The notes under the pieces: model-generated | Databases searched by the model: none | What the model was told of the DNA's origin: nothing | The model's input: only the letters and a program-made list of their open reading frames with translations | Translations under genes and position numbers: made by a program | In this document: positions 33,219-44,739 of the stretch, piece by piece | How positions within the stretch are numbered: position 1 is the first letter of the stretch | Layout of the letters: each line of letters opens with the position of its first letter | Assembly: GCA_030167865.1 (NCBI GenBank) | Contig: JALAGF010002605.1 | Location: 1-64,000, forward strand | DNA: 64,000 nt | Reading direction: 5' to 3' | DNA from: Craspedostauros australis | Lineage: Eukaryota

Positions 33219-36200
33219 ATGGGGAACAGCCATGTCTTCCACCACCGCATCCCGGCGGTCACAACGGCATGCCTATCCACAACCGCGTTGACACTCATGG
33301 CGATATCGACAACGAGCTGCTCCATGCTCAACGTCAAGACGATCGATCCCGAGGACCTGCTACTCATCTCCGAAGAAGTCGAGCTCACCACTAACGAAGC
33401 GACGATAGGGGTTCTGTGCAAGACCGCCTTCTCAGAACAGAATGAGGCCATCGACGATCCCATGTGGATGACCAGCCGCAGCTTCACCTACATCTCCCTC
33501 TCTCTCGGTGCCATCGCCTGCGCCCTGGCCTGGGCGGTCAGCACGTTCCTGCCACCCACCACGCTCAACTGGAAGATGATCTCCATCCTCGCGTCCATCA
33601 CGGCGGTCGTCCAGGTTCCCGTCATGCTGCTGCTGGAGGCCTACCCCTGCGTCGACTTTCCAGAAACCCAGTCCTGCCATCTGTCTTCGGCATCCTTCAT
33701 CCTCATTGCCAGCACCGTCTTGTGGATTGGCGTCACCCTCTGCACGCAGTGCATGGATCCGCCCCTGTGGGCGTTGGAACTCTCCGCGTGGAGAACGCCC
33801 AACCGAAAGACCGAGATGATACCCGAAGTCCCCAACCAAATCACCACCACTCAACCCAACAGCAATAACAATCGCAAAAAGAACAAGAACAATGTTCATG
33901 AGGACGATGATCGACAGCGTCTCAGAGCTGCCGCGCCCAAGAAGAGCAACAAGGCCAAGTCGAGCCTCACCACCAAACGTTCCTGGAAGGATCGGCTCTT
34001 TTTCCGTCGCGCCAACAACAATCTCTACATCACCTCCACCGAAGAGTCCTTCCTCAACGATGATGGCGAAAACGACAACGGCGACGGCGATGAGAATAAT
34101 AGCAACCTTGGCCGTCCAAATGGAGGTGAATCTCCTGCGTTGGCCTATGACATGAACACCAGTTTGGATGATCGCGTCATCCTGCGGGTGCTGCCCAATG
34201 GCAGACGTCCTGCGGATCAGGATGCCAAGAGTTTGCATTCCTTCGAAGATTTGGATTCCATGGTGGAGATGGCCGAGGAAGGGCGTCGCAAACAGCAACC
34301 GCAACAGCAGCAACAGCAGCAGCAAGGAGCCTTTGATCGCAGCGCGCCACCGCAATTCTTCCGACCGAGTTTGCCAACTGCGGAAATCAAACCAGACAGA
34401 GACGTGTCCTTCGGTGATGAATTGCAAGTGCGCGGGAAGAAATCATCCTCGCTATCAAATCTGTCGTCACCGACGGTGTCATCATCTTCCAAACGAGGCT
34501 CGCCACCCAGATCCGCCAGTCGTCACGACAATGGTTCCCAAGCAGCATTCTTCAATCCACTCCAACCTTCGGAAGGCAAGGCCAACATCAAGATCATTAA
34601 GGAGAGCGATGTGCCTGTGGACAGCCTTCTAGCTGCCCAGTCGCAGCCGACCAACAAATCTGACAACAGTCCGAGGCAACAACCTCCACAACCTCCGCAG
34701 CAAAAACAGCAAGAACAGGACGGATTGGATCCCATGGCCATCTTGGAGGACCTGCAAGACCAATCCCTCACCATGCCATCCCCCGCTAGCTCCATACGTC
34801 GCACGACGCGCCGCTCGTCAAACAAGGAAAAGACGCCTGCCGAAAAGGGAAAGCGCAACGACAGATTCCGCACTGGCATTCGGGCCTTGACCACCAAAAT
34901 CCGTATGGATACCATCCGTCGCAGCACGCGCGCAACTAACGCGTACGCGCTGATGGATGACAACATGAGCGGCGGAACCTCCAACTATTCCTCGCCACCC
35001 ATCGAGGTCAAGATTGATGCTGCCGATCTCGAGAATGCTGAGAAACTGACTTTGGATGATGATCAACATGACAACGATGAGCGTTTCATGACCCAAGAAT
35101 GGCACAATTTCCACGAAGCGATCAATTCTGGTGTGCGTCAGGCGGAGCTGAATGATGATGATGATGATGATGATGATGCTATTGATCGTGCTTTCGGCAT
35201 TGGCGGTAGTGCTGGTGGTGCTAGTGGCAGCGGAGTCGAAGCGAGGAACGAGGGCGAATTCGCATTTGTCAATGACGCTACGATGTCCGCATCGACACCT
35301 CGCATGCACGGTGTCGAGTCCGATATTTCCTACAGCGATCCGGAGCCACTGTACTCCCAGAGCGGAGACTCAGCAAGCGATCTCTCGTTGAATTACTTCA
35401 GCGCACGCAGTTCATCACAGAACGATAACGTTCGAAGCCAGGCAGCACAGCCGACCAATCGCGACGATAATTCGGCACGATCCACCGGTTCTCAACGACG
35501 AGGTAGGACTGCGGGAGGATCCGCCAACGGCAGCATCGGCAGCAAACGTCGCACCCCAACGCAACGACGACGTGCAGCGTCGCCTGTTCCATCTATCCGT
35601 TCCACGACATCCCTGCTCGACACGTCCATCATTGAAGAGACCGATGCCGATATCATGGCTGAAACTGTCCTGGAGCGGAAGCACCAGCAGCGACTTCGTC
35701 AGCAACAACAGCAGAAACGTCAGCAAGCAACGACGCCACCATCCACTGCACGCGCTGCGGCATATCCACTGAAACGCACATCCTCCGCACCAGAGCAAGG
35801 ATTCGTGTCTCAGCGTGGTCGCGCCGTCAACCGTCAGGCAGCGGGTGGCGCTAAGAGTGTCGCGGCTGCCGCAGCTTCTCCAACGAGCGCACCAAGCCAA
35901 AATCCTCCATCGATTGGGTCAAGTCCAGATAACGAAGTTGCACCGTCGCCAGTAGCCGTTGTTCCAATTGTTAGTGACAATGCTAATGCGCAACAGCAGG
36001 AAGAGCAGCAGCAAAGACAGACGCAGCAGGATCAGACACAAGCACAAGAGCAAGTGCTGGCACAAGAGCAGGAAAAGGAACAAGAGCAGCAGCAGCAGCA
36101 GGAGGAGGAGGAGGAGGAACAGCAAGAGGAACAACCAGACGATGAACTCATGATCAAGACCAACGCGAAGCCAGCAGCTCCGACGCAAGCGGAATCAGAC

Positions 36201-37193
36201 GATGAGCTGAAGATCCCACCAAAGCAACAGGCCGCTCCTGCATCTCCAGCTGTAATTGTACCTGCAACTGCGGCTGTGGCCGTGGCCGTGGCGCCACCGG
36301 CAGATGACGGCGATGAGATCATGACAGCCCAACCGGACCTCTCCCATGACGACGCCGTCAGCGACGAAGACACAGACTTCTCACCTGCTCCGCTTCCCAC
36401 CAATATGGCCGCGACGATCCATCGCAATGTCCCCAGCAGCAACCAATCGACTGGATTTTCCTTGATCAGCGCCAACACTTCCTTTGAAGACGTTTGGAAT
36501 GATGTGGCCGAGGGTGAGAAGGCGAAGACTGCTGGCGGCATGAAGAGCAGTCCAAATGCAGCAACCGGTTCTGCCGCCACTAATCTTGGACAATCCTTCA
36601 GTGGCCAAAATGAAGCTGGCAACACAGCTCGGTCCTTGGCCGTGGGATCACAGTCCAAGACGGCGAGTGTGCCATTCCGCAACAGCTGGAACGATGAGAG
36701 GGATCTGGAAGGCGGTTTTCGCACTAATGCAAACGCGGCTGCAAGAACCCCAACCAAGGGCAATGGCAATGATAATGACAGTCACAATGAAAATGGTATT
36801 CTCAAGATCGATGGCCAAAGTCCAACAACCGCCGATGCCGCAAGCAACCGAGCTGAACTGGCCAGAAACGCCAGGATGCGACGTCTCACCAGCATAACCC
36901 CCGGCAATGATAGCTCGAGCGACCAGAGTGACGGCAACCAATCCGCCACGAAGAGTCATCGATCGGCCCGACTTGCCCGCATCGGTCGTTTGCGCAAGCA
37001 AAATCCGCCCTCACGCGAGGCATCGCCCGGCACACCTACCAAAAGCAATTGCCGCGCAAGCAAAGTGAAGTACGAACGTTTGGAAGACGGCGGTGAATTT
37101 GAAAGCGAAGTGGTGGATGCATTGGATTTGCAACTGATCGAAGTGCGAAGACCGCTCGGCGTCGAATACGGATCCGATGAGGCGTCCATGTAA
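33219..37193 (+). CDS. Membrane protein with an N-terminal four-TM (claudin/tetraspan-like) domain and a ~1130-aa disordered tail
   Basis: 1324-aa ORF. Four hydrophobic segments in the first ~190 aa with Cys-containing loops; the remainder is S/Q/E/R-rich low complexity. Confidence 0.75.
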   Translation: MGNSHVFHHRIPAVTTACLSTTALTLMAISTTSCSMLNVKTIDPEDLLLISEEVELTTNEATIGVLCKTAFSEQNEAIDDPMWMTSRSFTYISLSLGAIACALAWAVSTFLPPTTLNWKMISILASITAVVQVPVMLLLEAYPCVDFPETQSCHLSSASFILIASTVLWIGVTLCTQCMDPPLWALELSAWRTPNRKTEMIPEVPNQITTTQPNSNNNRKKNKNNVHEDDDRQRLRAAAPKKSNKAKSSLTTKRSWKDRLFFRRANNNLYITSTEESFLNDDGENDNGDGDENNSNLGRPNGGESPALAYDMNTSLDDRVILRVLPNGRRPADQDAKSLHSFEDLDSMVEMAEEGRRKQQPQQQQQQQQGAFDRSAPPQFFRPSLPTAEIKPDRDVSFGDELQVRGKKSSSLSNLSSPTVSSSSKRGSPPRSASRHDNGSQAAFFNPLQPSEGKANIKIIKESDVPVDSLLAAQSQPTNKSDNSPRQQPPQPPQQKQQEQDGLDPMAILEDLQDQSLTMPSPASSIRRTTRRSSNKEKTPAEKGKRNDRFRTGIRALTTKIRMDTIRRSTRATNAYALMDDNMSGGTSNYSSPPIEVKIDAADLENAEKLTLDDDQHDNDERFMTQEWHNFHEAINSGVRQAELNDDDDDDDDAIDRAFGIGGSAGGASGSGVEARNEGEFAFVNDATMSASTPRMHGVESDISYSDPEPLYSQSGDSASDLSLNYFSARSSSQNDNVRSQAAQPTNRDDNSARSTGSQRRGRTAGGSANGSIGSKRRTPTQRRRAASPVPSIRSTTSLLDTSIIEETDADIMAETVLERKHQQRLRQQQQQKRQQATTPPSTARAAAYPLKRTSSAPEQGFVSQRGRAVNRQAAGGAKSVAAAAASPTSAPSQNPPSIGSSPDNEVAPSPVAVVPIVSDNANAQQQEEQQQRQTQQDQTQAQEQVLAQEQEKEQEQQQQQEEEEEEQQEEQPDDELMIKTNAKPAAPTQAESDDELKIPPKQQAAPASPAVIVPATAAVAVAVAPPADDGDEIMTAQPDLSHDDAVSDEDTDFSPAPLPTNMAATIHRNVPSSNQSTGFSLISANTSFEDVWNDVAEGEKAKTAGGMKSSPNAATGSAATNLGQSFSGQNEAGNTARSLAVGSQSKTASVPFRNSWNDERDLEGGFRTNANAAARTPTKGNGNDNDSHNENGILKIDGQSPTTADAASNRAELARNARMRRLTSITPGNDSSSDQSDGNQSATKSHRSARLARIGRLRKQNPPSREASPGTPTKSNCRASKVKYERLEDGGEFESEVVDALDLQLIEVRRPLGVEYGSDEASM

Positions 37194-37503
37194 ATATGGT
37201 ACGAACGTCCGAGGGTACTTGGACACGAGTAAACAATGATGGGATAGATCGTACGCAACCAACAACTGGAAACAGAATGAATGCGCGTATTAAAGCGCCG
37301 ATCGAACATAATGTTAGCACTTGAAATGGTTTGCTATGGCAGAATCGTACGAGGATGATGGAAATTAATTAACTGTCTTAGAGAGTATTACTCTATACGA
37401 AATGGACACTCTTGCTTACGTTTGTATCAGAGTAGGATGTTGTGAGATGGCTACAGTTTCACTATTTCATTCGCATGTTGCGGTGCTGCGGAGCGGCCAT
37501 GGC

Positions 37504-38737
37504 TCAGGAGGACTCGGTCATCACTCCCGCAACGCAAACCAGATTGATGCAGTATCGGGACCCCTTGGAATCTGGAAGGTTGTGTCCCAAGTGAGTTCCG
37601 TCCACGGAGACGGTCTCGCCATCCTTCAAGCATCGGACGTATTCCCAGTTGACCTCTGCGAATTGGAAATGGTGGTGAGATAAATGAGTCGCAGTGTGCA
37701 GGGTGAAGCGTTGTAAGAAGAAGAATACAAGCAGATATGTGGACAAGGTGAGGTTTACAGTGCATGTGATCATCAGAAGGAGACAACGAGTTAATGCACT
37801 AGACCACTGGTCCCGATGGGCGTTCAGAAACGTAGCAACTAACCTTCGTCGCGGAAAGATGGCCTGTTGGAATGGGAGAGAGGGAGGGAGGTGTTTGGCC
37901 GTGATGGAGCAGCAGACCAACGTCGAGTACGAGTGCACAATTATGCGGAAAGGATGAAGGAAACAACGCGACGCAAAAGTGGTGAGAAATACGGCAGAAG
38001 ACAGGATTGCATTTGCATATCACACAACATGGATAGTTTGACCACACACCAGATCCTGCCTGTTGCATCAACGCGGTATAGTATCAGCATGGGTAATTTG
38101 AAACATTACCGTACAACTCACCATCCGTGGGCGCGAGATTCGATGAGGAACTGGTCCATGGTGCGCCCGACGGGTGCCGTGAACAACAGCTTGCCAGTGT
38201 TGCTGTCAAAGAATTCAATTGGCGCTGTGGCATTCTTGCATTCCTCCAAGAACTTGGTCTTGGTCTGGAAGTATCCACTGTGCTCGGCATAGTGGCGGTT
38301 GTGATTGCAAATCTGATCTGCCTTCTTGACGTCGCACTCCCAACGCAGGTTTTGTTGGATCGGGCTGTGTTCATGGTTAGGAGTCGTATTGTATTACACA
38401 TCACGCGATGGTCGCATTCATGGGGCATCGAATAGTCGTAAGGATGCAGAGTCAACAGCAGGCAATGGTGGAAATGATAAAGCGTGTGAGAGAGAGCACG
38501 GTTCATGGACATTACCGCAATACTCGTGCGGCAAAACCGCGCATCCAATTACGAAACAATTGCTGCGTTGCTGCTCCGCACTTGCAAACTCCCATCTTCA
38601 TCCTGTGCTGGAGCTTGCGATCCTCTCATAACAGTCGAGTGTGCGTTCACTCACACTGCGGATGTTCCGTAGGCCTTGGGCGACATGATGCTTTCTTCGC
38701 CCATGACGCATGGTGGTGGGAAGGTCTTGTTGCCCAT
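37504..38737 (-). CDS. Atypical MsrB/SelR-like methionine-R-sulfoxide reductase; exons 38737-38655, 38364-38122, 37863-37844, 37655-37504
   Basis: Manual splicing gives MGNKTFPPPCVMGEESIMSPKAYGTSAVPIQQNLRWECD..ICNHNRHYAE..FDSNTGKLLF..ESRAHGWPSFRDEEVNW..GTHLGHNLPD..RYCINLVCVAG. All junctions are GT-AG and in frame. Confidence 0.82.
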
Positions 38738-39686
38738 TGTGGAGCCGAAGAGTTTCTTGAGGAAGTTGGGAATTTTGGAAATGATTGCTTTGTCTGTCAA
38801 TTTGTATCGACAGAGCTAATGGAGAGTGTGGTGTACAGGTGCTGGCGCTGGTGCTAGTGCTGGAACGTTTATTCGGTTTGCGTTGGCGTTTGCGTTTTGC
38901 TTGTTGGAGCTTGATTTTTATGAGGAGAGGGGAGGTGAGGCGATGATCTCTTCTTGGTGCTGTGTTGCGATGCGAAGGTAGAAAGATCTCTTGTTTTCGC
39001 AACCAACGTGGATCAAAGAGAAGGACGAAGAACAACTGTTCGTGTGTGCGTTTTTGGCACGAGACGATCTTGCCTGTGCACGAAACGCACACGAATCGTA
39101 CCAATTTTTGTCGCGGTTGTTTTCTCTTGCCTTTTCGCACGACCACATCGAGAGCCAAACCTCGCGATTCGGTGATACTACCCATTCGGATGAGTCATAT
39201 GTGGTCATCGACAAGCGAGCTTGCTACTTCCTCCCTGCTCTTGTTCGTTTGGATATGTATGTATTATATTATTCTATTATAGAATACCTACATATAATGC
39301 ATCAATGGTATGTTCCAAATAGTGAGAACCATCTTCGCGCCAATTTGCGAAACGCGTCGAGAGCGTGATTCCAAGCGCTCCAGCTCTCCAGAGAGATTGC
39401 TCGCACCTCCTACCATACGACTACTCGTACCAGCACGATGACCAGCACCAAAGATGTTGTAATCTTCACACTTGGAGATTGTAACATGCTATCGCGCAAC
39501 ATTCGCAGTAGCTGGAGATGCTGTGCAAAGCATTGGTGTGGACACGAACGCATTCGGCAGCCCATTTTCATCTTTCTATGTTTGGCTGAACACCTCTCTA
39601 GTATTATACCGCACTTTGCATCCTCAGGCCAACACATGCCAACACAACTCAACACAGCGCCTGGCGTCCCGTTCCACATGTAATTA

Positions 39687-42278
39687 TCATGTCATTCCGC
39701 TTCTTCGTTCCAGATGCACCAGATCCAGCACCTGGCGAAGGTTGCCGCTGGTGACGAGCCAATCGCGGAATCCGCGATTCAGCTCCTCCTCGAACTTCAC
39801 TCGTTGGTCTGGGTTCAGATTCTTCTGGACCGTTTGCTTTATGGTCCGCATCCTGTCTGCCTTCACCAACGCACGGCGTTCGTATTCGATCGGGATGCCG
39901 AACGGCGATAGCTGCAGGACCTCGGCGAGCAGTTTGCAGTACTGGCTGTCCATCGGAGGCTTGTTTTCGCCGCTGTCCTGCGCATCGTGGTCCGCCCTTC
40001 TTTGTCTGCTGGAGGTGTTCTCAAGGGGGACGAAGAGCACATGGAATTCGGACGGAGGCAGCAACACCGGGCCATGCATCGTTGCGTCGCCGCCAGATCC
40101 TGGTTTTCCGCCGGACACGGCTTTGTCATCGGCACCGGGTGATGGCGACCCGGGTGCGCTTGGCGGTGGCGATCCTGTGACTGATGCAGAACTTGACGCC
40201 ACATCGGGTATTTCTAGTCTGGATATCTCCTTGGGTTGATTCCACTTGTTGCTGGCACATTGCAGCGGCGGCCACGCTGCTTCTGGTTCGACGTGTCTGC
40301 CTCCGTTGTAGGAGAGCTGTCCTTCCTGGGCCGGGACCACCGCCAGGGCCGTCGCAACCAGATCCTCTCGCAAGCCTTCGTAGTACGTGTTGTATGGTGC
40401 AAACTGGCAGTTGCGATTGTCGCCGACGAGCAACGGTGAGCTGGGTGTGAAGACGAAGAGCACAGTATCGCTTGAGTTGCTGACCAGAATCTGTCTTGCC
40501 GCTGCCGTGATTGTCGTCTTCTCGCAGTCCACCACGTGCAAAAGACCAGCGACCGCACCGACAACGATAGTGCAACCGGTGCATCCCGAAATGGTCACAT
40601 GTTCGAATGTTTGCAGCAGGTACATGTGGACGTCGGAGCAGTCGGCGATGGCGAGATCATGGAGTCGGCCGGGAGAAGTGAGCGTGTTAACGAAGTCCGG
40701 CGCATCTCCCGAGCTGGTAGACGCCCCGGATGATTGTTCGTGGCTGTTGGGTTTGAGGAGTATGGTCGTTGCGCGGAGGTGGACGTAGCTCAATTCCTTC
40801 TGATAGCCATGCCCCGGTTGTCTCGCACGCTCGCCGGCACCCGCGCTGTCTCCATTCTCCGTCAACGTCAGCTGTGACATCGCTGCTGACACAGCATCGC
40901 CATTGTTGGTGGGCACTCCATTCTCGCTGCGCTGATTCCTGCCCGACATGTTGAGCTCAAGCTCCAGGTGCCGTCTGAGTTCGCGCTCAACGTCCGCCAG
41001 TAAAATGGTTGCCGTGGGTGGGGCGTTGGTGGAATAGAGGCTCGTCCAGAGAAACTCTCCGATCTGCAATGGCGGGTCATCGATGCCGCCACCTTGTGGG
41101 AGCTGGAGGGTGAGATGTAATCTCTCCAGATCCTCCATGGTCAAACGAATATTCAAACCGACGTTTCCGTGTTCTTCGTCATGCTGCCTCCTGATTTCTT
41201 CAGCCGAATATCTGGCGTAACCTGTGCCGAGCGTGTGATCGCTGGGAGGCGGCGGTGGTGGTGTTGAGATTGCAGCCAAGTGCATGGTGGCTCTGGCCAC
41301 GTCGCTGTTGTGTGACGAAGCCAGAAGCAAGAGCACCTTTCGCAGGTGGCGCAACAGATACGCCGTGCAATGTGAGTTGCCGTTGTTCCAACCTGCATGC
41401 AATCTCGTTCTGTCGATATGAAATCCAGTGGGATGCGTAATAATGTGATGCGTAATCATGTGATGCGGAATAATGTGATGTGTAATCATGTGATGCGGAA
41501 TGGATTGGATTTGAGTGCAGTGGAATACGATGAAACAAATGGAGAATGGGACTTGGCTTGTGAGTTGTCATGAATTTCGAGGCACGAAGGAGTCGCCACA
41601 TGAATGAGGGGACAATACGAGCATACCGGAACAGTACTAGACTCGTATGTTGTATCACACACAGCGTCAAACTTGCCTTGGTGAGAGGGATGGATGCCGG
41701 AGGAGGCTGGTGAAATCCACCTTGCCCCCGCTCTGGATCATGGAGTCGGCATTGACGAAGCCGTTGCCGTAGAAACGACGGTCGTCCACACCGGACATGT
41801 TGCGGTGGTAGGCCACGTCCTCGCAATGCAGCAACAGGAAGGTTCCAATCAACCAAACTGGAAGCTCCTTGGCGGACGCCGCCGTCGACTGCTTCTTCTT
41901 GTCAAAAGCCATGGGCCGATCCGCCGAATGCGTGTTGCTGCTGCCCAGACTGCTCGTGCTGCCGCAGGACAGGATCGGCGGGATCTGCGTCGGTCCATGG
42001 AAGTCCGAATCGTAGGACCTGCCGGCCAAGTAGAGAGTGTGGTACATGGTGGCCATCTCCCAGAACAAGGCGGCTGACGGTTCCGCCCATCCGATCACGC
42101 GCCATGCATCCGCGATCCACAGGGTGTAGGGCACCGCCGTCTTGCGGTAGGACTGCTCGGCAAGTCCCGACGTGATGGCCAGACACAGCGCCGGAGTCAG
42201 CTCTTGCGCGTACTTCGGAGGCAGCACGGCACCCGCGAAGGCATGCGGCTTCGCCGTCAACGCCATGTCCCCATGCAT
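39687..42278 (-). CDS. TBCCD1: TBCC domain-containing protein 1 (C-CAP/cofactor C-like); exons ~42278-41677, 41409-39687
   Basis: Beta-helix repeats IADCSDVHMYLL..ISGCTGCTIVVGAV..VVDCEKTTITAAA; PLLVGDN..FAPYNTYY; FRDWLVTSGNLRQV; IGTFLLLH in exon 1. Confidence 0.85.
41441..41500. repeat. 15-bp minisatellite x4 inside the TBCCD1 intron
   Basis: taatgtgatgcgtaa / tcatgtgatgcggaa / taatgtgatgtgtaa / tcatgtgatgcggaa. Confidence 0.85.
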
Positions 42279-43379
42279 CTTGGGCGTTCTGCTCTGCTCT
42301 GCACCGTTCCTTGCTTCCGGGTTGTACGCAGCGTAGCGTTGCTCTGTGCTTCTTTGCTTCGTTGCTTCGTTGGTTTGGCCTGTGTCAACCAGCTGCACTC
42401 TGCCTGTGACGACTTCCTTGGCACCAACGCTCTCTTCGCCGCAGCTCGCTCCGGATACTCTCGGCGTCTGCTGTCTAGCTGGCTATTGAGCTGGCTATTG
42501 AGCTGGTTGTGAACGTTGCGCCAAAACCCAACCCAGTCTGCTTGAACTCAATTCAACTGCATCCAGATCAACTTGCACACAGAGTGTCTGTCTTGTTTGA
42601 GTGCGCGAGTGCGGAGTAATCGTAACTGCGACTGTATCCGTATCCGTAATCGCAACCGAACGCGGAATGCGGCAAATGGATGGACGCAAGGCAAGCAGAC
42701 AAGCATTGATGAGGCTGTCTGAGGAGATCGACCAAGAAAAGACAGCAACGGAGACGCGCTCAAGTCAGTCACAAACACCCACCAAACCAACGAGCATGTT
42801 GTTGCCGCGCACCCGCATTGCCCGTCTGTCGCGGTGTTTGTTTGGGCTTGACGTTCTCACGTTGTGTCATGCGTGACAAGTAACGTCTATAACGGTCGAA
42901 GACATACAAATTCAAACCTGTGTCAAACCATGACCCAATGCCAGCTCAATCGTGGATGCTCCACTTTCGGATGGAGTTGCCTACCTGGCATGAGCTAGAG
43001 AGTGAGAGAGAGAGTGGAGACCAATTGTACCATGTGGACTTGGAACTGTATGGTGCACGAAGGAGCTACGGGTGGAGACAGAGAGAAGAGTTTGTACGCT
43101 GCATCCTTCCAAAGGACGCTGGCAATGCGCATCCGAATGAGCAAGAATGCATGCCACGATCAATCCTTCCTGCATCCACGCGTTTCGTGTCCTTCTTATC
43201 TTATGTGCGCAGCAAGAGTGCCGTCCTCTATATACGATCTGGGAGTGCTTCACAAGGTTGACTGGAAACGAGCTGTCGCTATTCTGTTCATGCCAGGTCT
43301 GCTATCGAATTCATCGTCCCGTTCCGTGTCGACCCCCTGCTCCACGTATGTGCACCGACGAATATACATGCGCCCATGT

Positions 43380-44090
43380 TCAGGGATCGAATTGGTAGAG
43401 ATAGAGTGGCAGATTGCCCCTGCTCGTGCTGTCGACCAAGGTCGGCTCCCATTCGCGGATCTGGAACATGTAGCTCAGTATTCGGATGCTCCTGTTCTCC
43501 TGCCTTCGTTTTTTCACCAAGGCATTGAGCAACGGCATCAGCTTGACCACGCCCTGCGGCAATATGAACAAGTACAGCGCAGTTGCGTCCTTCGACAAGG
43601 ACAGTTTGGAACGGCCGCCATTGGCATCCTGCGAAACCGACGATTGAATGTCCTCCAGCACGTCGCCTTGCCGGATGTCCACGCGCGCCTGGATGTCGGC
43701 TGGCAGCAACGCCACGGCCTCCTTGCCACGCGTGGCATAGATGGGGTCCATTTCGATTCCCACGCATCGCAATCCATCCACCTGCTGCGCCGCATGCAAC
43801 AGCAGCCGGCCGTCGCCGCATCCCAGATCGAAGAGGACGTCCTGCGATGTGAGCTGCAGCATCTCCATCGATTTGTCCTGCACCTGCTGTGAGGATGGAT
43901 TGAACGGGGCCAGCCGCGATGGTGGATGCTGCTGTGCCGCTGGTCTCGTCCCTTTCATCGTCGCTTCTTCCGCTGGCGCTGATGTTGCTGCGGGGGTGGC
44001 AGTGGGAATTGGCGAAGCATCGTTCGCGTCAGCTGCCTGAGCTGCCGAAGGCATGCTGCAAGTTGTATTCGTGTTGGGAACCATGGTCAT
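43380..44090 (-). CDS. Class I SAM-dependent methyltransferase (FAM173-like putative protein-lysine methyltransferase)
   Basis: LAPFNPS; VLFDLGCGDGRLL; CVGIEMD; ATALYLFILP; RILSYMFQI. Confidence 0.85.
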   Translation of the reverse strand: MTMVPNTNTTCSMPSAAQAADANDASPIPTATPAATSAPAEEATMKGTRPAAQQHPPSRLAPFNPSSQQVQDKSMEMLQLTSQDVLFDLGCGDGRLLLHAAQQVDGLRCVGIEMDPIYATRGKEAVALLPADIQARVDIRQGDVLEDIQSSVSQDANGGRSKLSLSKDATALYLFILPQGVVKLMPLLNALVKKRRQENRSIRILSYMFQIREWEPTLVDSTSRGNLPLYLYQFDP

Positions 44091-44739
44091 CGTCAGTGCC
44101 GCTCTCAGTTCGTGTGTTGTTGTGCGTGGGTCTGTGCTCTGTATCTGCCTCTTTCGGTGGAGGCGCTAGCAAGGTGGTGCGTGTGATTGTGAAGACTGTG
44201 AAGATGGAGTGTGGAACGAGAGAGTGCTGACAATGTTGACGATGTTGACGATGCTGATGATGTTTGTTGTTGTGGTTGGCATTTCGACTGAAGAAAAAAA
44301 GGAGTTGTGACCAAAGAAGGCAAAATCCGGAGAAGTTGTTGGATCCGAAAGCGCGCCAAAAAGACCCGTTCCCCTTGTCGTCATCGAGGACATTCCACCG
44401 CAACGCGGTTTCTTGATCTCGCACAGAGTTGCTCGAACGAGAGAGAGAGAACATATTATTGTCGTACCATACAACCAGATGTTATTATACTATGCTCAAA
44501 CTATATTTGCTTACTGATCTCTTTTCGCGTGGTTGTGTCGCTAATTCTGAACTACGAGCACATAGTGCACCACGCCAATGCTAGCCGCGCATTCTTCATT
44601 TCCTATCGTACCAATCAATGCGCTCAGGTTGGATTGCGATACCACGTGATGCGCAGTGGAGATTGCGACTGAATCCATTCACATTGGGATGTGTGTCCTC
44701 CAGTGCTGCTCAATTCCATTCCAATGCGCTCAAGTGATT

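Noticed and set aside
41410-41489. HHII repeats at the start of the 600-aa ORF
   Set aside because: They come from an intronic minisatellite and are not part of TBCCD1.
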